Part shown: positions 58,652 through 64,000 of the stretch, one piece after another
How positions within the stretch are numbered: the stretch's first letter is position 1
How the letters are laid out: each line of letters opens with the position of its first letter
IMG/VR virus record: IMGVR_UViG_3300029288_000075
Location: 96,001-160,000 of that record
From: a virus
Lineage: Duplodnaviria; Caudoviricetes
Length of the DNA: 64,000 nucleotides
Reading direction: 5' to 3' (one strand)
The notes under the pieces: generated by a model
What the model was told of the DNA's origin: nothing
Databases searched by the model: none
Seen by the model: only the letters and a program-made list of their open reading frames with translations
Program-made: the position numbers and the translations under genes

Positions 58652-58679
58652 GGAAAGTCGGAGTGGATTGAGGCATAAG
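58652..58679 (+). promoter_or_regulatory. Phage promoter motif, copy 7
   Basis: GGAAA-N14-AGGCATAAG. Confidence 0.6.
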
Positions 58680-58703
58680 GGCTGTACAGGAGGCTCTACT
58701 GAC

Positions 58704-59672
58704 ATGGACAGAGAAGTACAGGCATTCGAGGATACGGTGAATTCGCTCACTAGTGCATTGCGCTATGCCGGACAGGCGCTGTCAGAGGCAGCAACGGCGG
58801 TGGCCTTGGTTATGTCGGCCGAACAGGAAGCAAGTGAGGCCAGGCAGGAACAGGAGGTGGTGAAACCTGATGCCCCGAGGGTTCTTTCAGGCCAATACCC
58901 TCACTTTGTGTCGATCCGGCTGTGGCGCTGCTCGAGCAAGGAGAACGCCGGGAAGTCGATTTGTCAACTGCGCCGTGCGGATACCGACGAGTGGCTGTGG
59001 TCCAGTCACCCTTACAAGGATGCGGGCAGGGCGATTCGCGATGCGTCAAATACTGCCCACAGGTTTGGCTGGGAGGTAGTGAGTCAGAGCGGGGCTACCG
59101 GCAGTGATGGACCTGAGGAGGTCTTGGATCCTGATGATGGTCAGAGCGACTATCAGCGTGGATTCGAGGCAGGGCAATGTACCTCTGGTGCAGCGAAGAA
59201 GGCAACGCCCCCACCCAACAAGAGATACGTGGTGGGTTTCCGCTTTAGTGGGGATCTCCAGTCTGTTGTCTTGATACTCAAGACCCATCCAGAGTGGCAG
59301 GCAGGGAGATACAATGGAGTTGGTGGCCACATCGAAGACGGCGAGACTCCAGAGCAGACCATGAAACGCGAGTACCTGGAGGAGACTGGTACTACTGAAG
59401 CCAACTGGAAGCTGTTCAACACGCTGTACGGCAAGGACGGTAACTTCTCCGTGGACTTCTTTTGGGCCAGAGGACCTCTGACACTACTGCGTAGTACGAC
59501 AGAGGAGACGGTGCATTGGTTAGACGTCGACGCTGTTGTTACGGGCAAGCTTCCCACGTTGCCCAGTCTAGGCTGGATGATCCCAATGGCTATAACGGAC
59601 ATTCGGCGCACGGACGTATGTACCCGCTTCGTCACTCATGAGGAAGAGTACGTGGGTGATCCTCATGACTAG
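58704..59672 (+). CDS. Nudix hydrolase with extra N-terminal domains
   Basis: Nudix box GHIEDGETPEQTMKREYLEETG; AGGAGG RBS before ATG 58704. Confidence 0.85.
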   Translation: MDREVQAFEDTVNSLTSALRYAGQALSEAATAVALVMSAEQEASEARQEQEVVKPDAPRVLSGQYPHFVSIRLWRCSSKENAGKSICQLRRADTDEWLWSSHPYKDAGRAIRDASNTAHRFGWEVVSQSGATGSDGPEEVLDPDDGQSDYQRGFEAGQCTSGAAKKATPPPNKRYVVGFRFSGDLQSVVLILKTHPEWQAGRYNGVGGHIEDGETPEQTMKREYLEETGTTEANWKLFNTLYGKDGNFSVDFFWARGPLTLLRSTTEETVHWLDVDAVVTGKLPTLPSLGWMIPMAITDIRRTDVCTRFVTHEEEYVGDPHD

Positions 59673-59705
59673 GGTTGCAGGGTACGTCGCCACAATGGAG
59701 GGCCA

Positions 59706-59942
59706 ATGACTCTGGGAGAAGCGCTTGCCCGTGTTGTGCTGCAAGAAGGCACCGTCTACGCGCAGGCTTTGGTAGGTGATGGCGTTGGAGACGTCTGTCG
59801 CATCATGTATCACGCGGCGCAGGATAGGCCGGAGCCCACCCTGCGCTTTACAATATGCGGGGCTTCGGTTTCGGAGATCCCGATAAACCTGGATTGGTGT
59901 CTGAGGATGACTTACCGATTGGAGAAGCCTGATGAATGGTGA
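59706..59942 (+). CDS. small hypothetical protein
   Basis: GGAGG RBS. Confidence 0.55.
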   Translation: MTLGEALARVVLQEGTVYAQALVGDGVGDVCRIMYHAAQDRPEPTLRFTICGASVSEIPINLDWCLRMTYRLEKPDEW

Positions 59943-60417
59943 AAACAACGTGCATACCCGGCCAGCTGTCGATCAGGGCGTTTTGGCCGGTGCTGGAGTA
60001 GGCGCTGCCGTGGGCAGGTACCTGCAGCAGAGTGGTCCGTTCAAACGCCCACGTGCCCCCTTTGGGGCCTGGTTGGAGCCCTGGCAGATGTGGTGTATCA
60101 TTGCTGCCTTTGCCGGGACTGGTCTGGGCGTCGCCTGGGCTGGCTCCAACATGAAGACGGCGCAGACGGAGGCCTACATTCGGGCTGAAGAGGCTGCGAA
60201 GCGCGCAGAGGGCCGTCACATGGACGTGGAGTTCACGCTGCGCCGGGAGCAAGAGCGCAAAGAGGCGGACTTGCTTATGCGTAACCAGCAGGCTGTGCAG
60301 GAATGTGCCAAAGATGGGAACGTACCCGTCATTGGGCATGACTTCACGGTGGTCTGTCTTTCCCGCATCAACGTGCAGTGGGAATACAACATGAAGGACC
60401 CACTGCCGTGGCTGTGA
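59932..60417 (+). CDS. Membrane protein A
   Basis: TM segment WCIIAAFAGTGLGVAW; C-terminal ECAKDGNVPVIGHDFTVVCL. Confidence 0.65.
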   Translation: MNGENNVHTRPAVDQGVLAGAGVGAAVGRYLQQSGPFKRPRAPFGAWLEPWQMWCIIAAFAGTGLGVAWAGSNMKTAQTEAYIRAEEAAKRAEGRHMDVEFTLRREQERKEADLLMRNQQAVQECAKDGNVPVIGHDFTVVCLSRINVQWEYNMKDPLPWL

Positions 60418-60614
60418 AACCTATTCGTCTTGAGTTGGTGGTGGCAGGCTGTGCTGTGACGGTGCTGTTGATGTGCGTGGTTGCCGCGGTGGCTGCAGCA
60501 CGGTATGACCGGGTGCAGGCGTTCATTGGTGTCAAGGGCGCCTCTGATGCAGCTATTGATGCCGCCACGTCCCACGAGACGGACGAAGAGAGGGGGTGTC
60601 ATTGTGCCAAGTAA
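60414..60614 (+). CDS. Small membrane protein B
   Basis: TM segment; ends GCHCAK; start 60408 or 60414. Confidence 0.55.
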   Translation: MKPIRLELVVAGCAVTVLLMCVVAAVAAARYDRVQAFIGVKGASDAAIDAATSHETDEERGCHCAK

Positions 60615-60795
60615 GTGGTTTCAACAGCCGGCTGGCATGCTTGGACTGCTTGCGCTGCTTGGTGTAGTTGCTTGGAGCCATGGCCTGTGGATGTCTGAGA
60701 AGAAGGATTACTACAGACATGCTGAGCTCATTAGTGCCATCAAGGCCAATACCGCGGCTATCAAAGAGATGGGGTGTCATTGTGCGGATAAGTGA
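60604..60795 (+). CDS. Small membrane protein B'
   Basis: TM segment; ends GCHCADK. Confidence 0.55.
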   Translation: MPSKWFQQPAGMLGLLALLGVVAWSHGLWMSEKKDYYRHAELISAIKANTAAIKEMGCHCADK

Positions 60796-61111
60796 TCGAA
60801 AGGTTTGGCTGTTGCAACAGCTTGCCTGGTCGCTGCTTTTGGCTGCAGCGGTTATGTTGGGTGTTTACGTGGGTCGTAGTAAGAATCGCGTGCAACACCC
60901 GGAACCTTCTAGCACGCAATCGGCTGCTTCAAACCCTCCTCCACGGAGGGATACCGACGAGGAGATGGAGCAGCGTCTCAAGTGGCATTGGGCAGCCATC
61001 AACAAGTGCAAAGCGAAGGGCTTGCACGCTGTCATGGGCTTCAACGACGAGGTCATCTGCCTGGACCCTGGTGCTTGGGCGTGGGTGTACGACGGGAAAG
61101 GACCACCTTGA
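60782..61111 (+). CDS. Membrane protein A' (paralog of 59932)
   Basis: TM segment; KCKAKGLHAVMGFNDEVICL. Confidence 0.6.
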   Translation: MRISDRKVWLLQQLAWSLLLAAAVMLGVYVGRSKNRVQHPEPSSTQSAASNPPPRRDTDEEMEQRLKWHWAAINKCKAKGLHAVMGFNDEVICLDPGAWAWVYDGKGPP

Positions 61112-61325
61112 GCACAGTTTTCATTCGGATGACTAGAGAGGAAGCACTCGAGCAGGGGCTTTTGGTTTGCACCTGCGGCCATCCACCAAACAACCACTTC
61201 TCAACCGGCGCTTGCGCGCGTTGTGAGTGCACCAAGTACGCAGAGGTAGCCAAGGTGGGCAAGCTGTTGAAGGGTAAACAACAGACAGGCGACTCGGCAT
61301 GCAGTAGAAAGTAGGCACAGCACGT

Positions 61326-61685
61326 ATGAGTTACCGAATTCTGGTCAATGTAGACACTTATGCTGCCGTAGAATGTGACACGGTGGACGAGCTGCTTTCA
61401 CTTTTGGATGTGGTCGACCACCTGCCGGTAGTCAAGGACAGTCCGAAGCAAGAGGAACTCTCGTACTATTCGAACTCGCTGTACTACTGGATTATGGCCA
61501 CGGACAAGCAGCACGGCGGGGACTCAGTGACTGCCCAGACCATACGGGAGCTTTGGGACAACGAGTCCTGGGACAGCATCATGGACAAGCTTCGTACTGA
61601 AGGAAGTACCTGGATAGTTTGGTGGATGGACGGAGTCAGGAAGTATGCCGAGCATGACCAAAAACAGAGAGACAGCGCGGTATAA
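61326..61685 (+). CDS. hypothetical protein
   Basis: 119 aa. Confidence 0.6.
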   Translation: MSYRILVNVDTYAAVECDTVDELLSLLDVVDHLPVVKDSPKQEELSYYSNSLYYWIMATDKQHGGDSVTAQTIRELWDNESWDSIMDKLRTEGSTWIVWWMDGVRKYAEHDQKQRDSAV

Positions 61686-61798
61686 GGTAAGTGACGGAGC
61701 ACGGTATTCCTTCAATGCCGTGCTCATCAACCAGATGACTTGGCAGCCTACGCTCAGCAGCTACGAGCGGTTTGTCCTCAACGAAATGAAGGAGTGGA

Positions 61799-62068
61799 AT
61801 GCAAGATACCTCGAGCAACGACCCACTTCTTGCGTACATCAACAGGTGCCAGCGAGATAGAGCCTTGCTGGCGCGTGTTGACCGCATGACCGCGCGTGAC
61901 ATTGCTGCTGTGTTTCGCACAGGCAACGTAGCGGACAACCCCTTTCTCCATGGCGAGGTGGGGGTTGCTCTCAGTCACAGGCTACGAAAGGTCTTGGATG
62001 AAGAACAAGCACAGCGCGTGGTGGCTCGAACCAGCCGACCACGTAGACTTAGACCAACTGCGCCATGA
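61799..62068 (+). CDS. hypothetical protein
   Basis: AAGGAG RBS. Confidence 0.55.
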   Translation: MQDTSSNDPLLAYINRCQRDRALLARVDRMTARDIAAVFRTGNVADNPFLHGEVGVALSHRLRKVLDEEQAQRVVARTSRPRRLRPTAP

Positions 62069-62181
62069 TTCTCACGTCAGGATGGTGTGGACCATCGCAG
62101 TTGTATTTGCCTTTTCCTTGCTCTTGCTTTGGCTGACGCTAAAGCTACCAGCTGGTGAAGCACCAACAGAGGAGACACCAA

Positions 62182-63306
62182 GTGAGCTACAACCCGGATA
62201 ACTGGAATGGTAAGGGCCCATTGCCCATGCTGTACTCCCGCACGGCCACAGGAGCAGTCAATACATGGGCCTGTTGGGTGCGTGGAGAATCAGTGATAGT
62301 TGAATGGGGTCAGCAGGATGGCACCCTGCAATTGGCCGAGTTTGTCTGTAAGCCGAAAAACGAGGGCAGGTCCAATGCCACTACTGCCAAGGAACAGGCC
62401 AGGCTCGAGGCTATCGCGAAGTGGCGAAAGCAGATCAAGAAGAAGTACTACGAGAAGTTGGAGGAGGCCGAGAACGGCCCCAAGCTCCGACCCATGCTGG
62501 CCAAGGACTTCAAGAAGCAGAAGAAGGTCCAGTACCCCGTCGATGTGCAGCGCAAGTTTGATGGTGTGCGTTGCCTGGCCTATTGGGATGGGGATCGGGT
62601 AGAACTGCACAGCCGTGGCGGGGATCTCTACGATGTAGAGCACATACGGGCTGAGATCCAGCGCTTTCTACGCCCTGGGTGCATGCTGGATGGTGAACTC
62701 TACGTACACGGCTTGAGTCGTCAGCAGATCACGTCGCTGGTGAAGCGTCCACAGGACTACAGCAGAAGTATCACGTACAACGTCTATGACTTCGTGAACC
62801 TGCAAGACAACGACCGCTGGGTCATGCGGAAGCACCTTCTGCAAGAGTGGTTCGAGCAGGCGCAGGAAGTCAATCTGCAGGACTTCATCGTTGAGACTCA
62901 GACCTTCGAGGCTCTAGATGAAGCCGACATCAAGGCGCTGCACGACGAGTTTGTGGCGGAGGGCTACGAAGGTGCCATCGTTCGCCTAAGAAACGGCGAA
63001 TACCGAATTGGCTATCGTTCCCCTGACCTGCTGAAGTACAAGATGTTCGATGACGGCGAGTTCAAGCTCACTGGGTACAAGACAGGTAAGGGCAAGTTCA
63101 AGGAGGTACCCATCTTTGAATGCACCATGAAGAACGGCAAGACCTTCGATGTCGCGCCGCGCGGTACTACAGCCGTGCGCAAAGAACTGCTACGTACGGC
63201 CAAGAGTCTCATGGGCAAGATGTACACCGTGCGCTACTTTGGCTTCACCGACGAGGGCTTGCCCTGCTTTCCAGTCGGTATTGGCGTACGTGAGAAGGGT
63301 ACGTGA
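62182..63306 (+). CDS. lig: ATP-dependent DNA ligase with an N-terminal WGR-like domain
   Basis: PMLA, motif I KFDGVR, LDGELY, YNVYD, EGAIVR, LLKYK, OB-fold TVRYF...GLP.FP; GAGGAG-GTG start. Confidence 0.93.
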   Translation: MSYNPDNWNGKGPLPMLYSRTATGAVNTWACWVRGESVIVEWGQQDGTLQLAEFVCKPKNEGRSNATTAKEQARLEAIAKWRKQIKKKYYEKLEEAENGPKLRPMLAKDFKKQKKVQYPVDVQRKFDGVRCLAYWDGDRVELHSRGGDLYDVEHIRAEIQRFLRPGCMLDGELYVHGLSRQQITSLVKRPQDYSRSITYNVYDFVNLQDNDRWVMRKHLLQEWFEQAQEVNLQDFIVETQTFEALDEADIKALHDEFVAEGYEGAIVRLRNGEYRIGYRSPDLLKYKMFDDGEFKLTGYKTGKGKFKEVPIFECTMKNGKTFDVAPRGTTAVRKELLRTAKSLMGKMYTVRYFGFTDEGLPCFPVGIGVREKGT

Positions 63307-63512
63307 CAGCACGGGAAACCCCGGCGGTGCTGCATTTCGTACAAGAGGTGCAGCGCCGCGTAGCTTCTGGGGTCATATTGGCGGAGGCAGTTCGCACGAC
63401 TGTTTCCGCCAGCCCGTCGCGAGCGAATGCAGTCATGGACATCATCGGCTCGTGGCCATCTTCTGAGATGGAGCTACGGGAGCTTCAGAGACAACCTATC
63501 CCAACGAGGTAG
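63303..63512 (+). CDS. small hypothetical protein
   Basis: GTGA coupling. Confidence 0.5.
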   Translation: MTARETPAVLHFVQEVQRRVASGVILAEAVRTTVSASPSRANAVMDIIGSWPSSEMELRELQRQPIPTR

Positions 63513-63517
63513 CAAGC

Positions 63518-63796
63518 ATGTTGAGACGTGTAGGAAAACCGACCGCAATTTCGACGTCCGTCACGGGTGAACCCGAGTTGACGCTGCAGCCGGTGCAGAC
63601 AGGTAAGGACGAATACCAAGTTGAGTGGACTACCACGTGCACTTGGAGCTCGGTACTCCGCCGCTGGCGCAGCTTCAGAAAGAAGACACCTGGCATGTAC
63701 GGGTCTGCTCGAGAGGCACGTGAGGCCATCAAGGGATTCCTGGCTAAAGAACAGCGGCTGGGTGAAAAGCGTGCCTGGGGTTTGAAAGGAGCTTGA
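63518..63796 (+). CDS. small hypothetical protein
   Basis: GAGGT RBS. Confidence 0.55.
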   Translation: MLRRVGKPTAISTSVTGEPELTLQPVQTGKDEYQVEWTTTCTWSSVLRRWRSFRKKTPGMYGSAREAREAIKGFLAKEQRLGEKRAWGLKGA

Positions 63797-63797
63797 G

Positions 63798-64000
63798 ATG
63801 AGAAAGTCAGCAGAGCTACGTGAGCTAGAGCGGCATCGCGACATTGCTCAGCGTGCGGTTTCGGTCACAAGCTTTCTGGGGATCCATGGGTTTCTGCCAG
63901 ATGTACAGTGCAGGCTGATGGCCGCCCGCGTGAGCAAGTACATACGCAAGTACAATCTGGGTCTAGTAGACAAAGGGTTCAAGGACTACGCAGTTCTGCT
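63798..64000 (+). CDS. hypothetical protein, 3' truncated by the window edge
   Basis: AAGGAG RBS, MRKSAELRELERHRD..., open to the end of the window. Confidence 0.55.
   Translation, partial: MRKSAELRELERHRDIAQRAVSVTSFLGIHGFLPDVQCRLMAARVSKYIRKYNLGLVDKGFKDYAVL

Larger units (their letters stand above)
1..64000. mobile_element. Segment of a large tailed bacteriophage genome, likely infecting Myxococcota
   Basis: Tape-measure-like gene, tail chaperone frameshift, phage-type dNMP kinase, ligase and sigma; dense co-oriented arrays of small ORFs with overlapping stop/start codons; no housekeeping operons. Confidence 0.9.

Noticed and set aside
1-64000. CRISPR array, tRNA, rRNA, integrase or transposase
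   Set aside because: No regularly spaced repeats, cloverleaf or catalytic signatures seen by eye; tRNAscan-SE and CRISPR finders would be needed to exclude them formally

Overview
This 64 kb window looks like part of a large, probably jumbo, tailed-phage genome of roughly 58% GC (estimated by eye). The host is most likely in Myxococcota, inferred from a Polyangiaceae-style TGG-repeat lipoprotein and a small protein family common in myxobacteria. Genes are densely packed and almost all on the + strand. Recognisable content: (1) a tail module, with a tail-assembly-chaperone-like gene carrying a canonical -1 slippery site, a 1220-aa tape-measure-like protein and two baseplate/hub-like genes; (2) a cluster of probable head-internal proteins sharing a helix-K-x-A motif, one carrying DUF5661 plus a polyvalent-protein inorganic pyrophosphatase domain; (3) a group-3-like sigma factor, GroES, a GNAT and a DUF932-like protein; (4) DNA and nucleotide metabolism genes (dNMP kinase, ThyA, RNase HII, Nudix, ATP-dependent ligase); (5) two long arrays of small hypothetical genes. 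Less obvious signals: seven intergenic copies of a sigma28-like promoter, TG[A/C]AA-N14/15-NGG[G/C]ATAAG, in front of early-type genes; leaderless extended -10 starts for structural genes; a candidate sRNA displaying anti-Shine-Dalgarno loops; and a ubiquitin-like ORF ending in GG between two Ig/beta-sandwich virion genes. I saw no tRNA, rRNA, CRISPR array or transposase. All family calls come from motif recognition by eye; no database searches were run.
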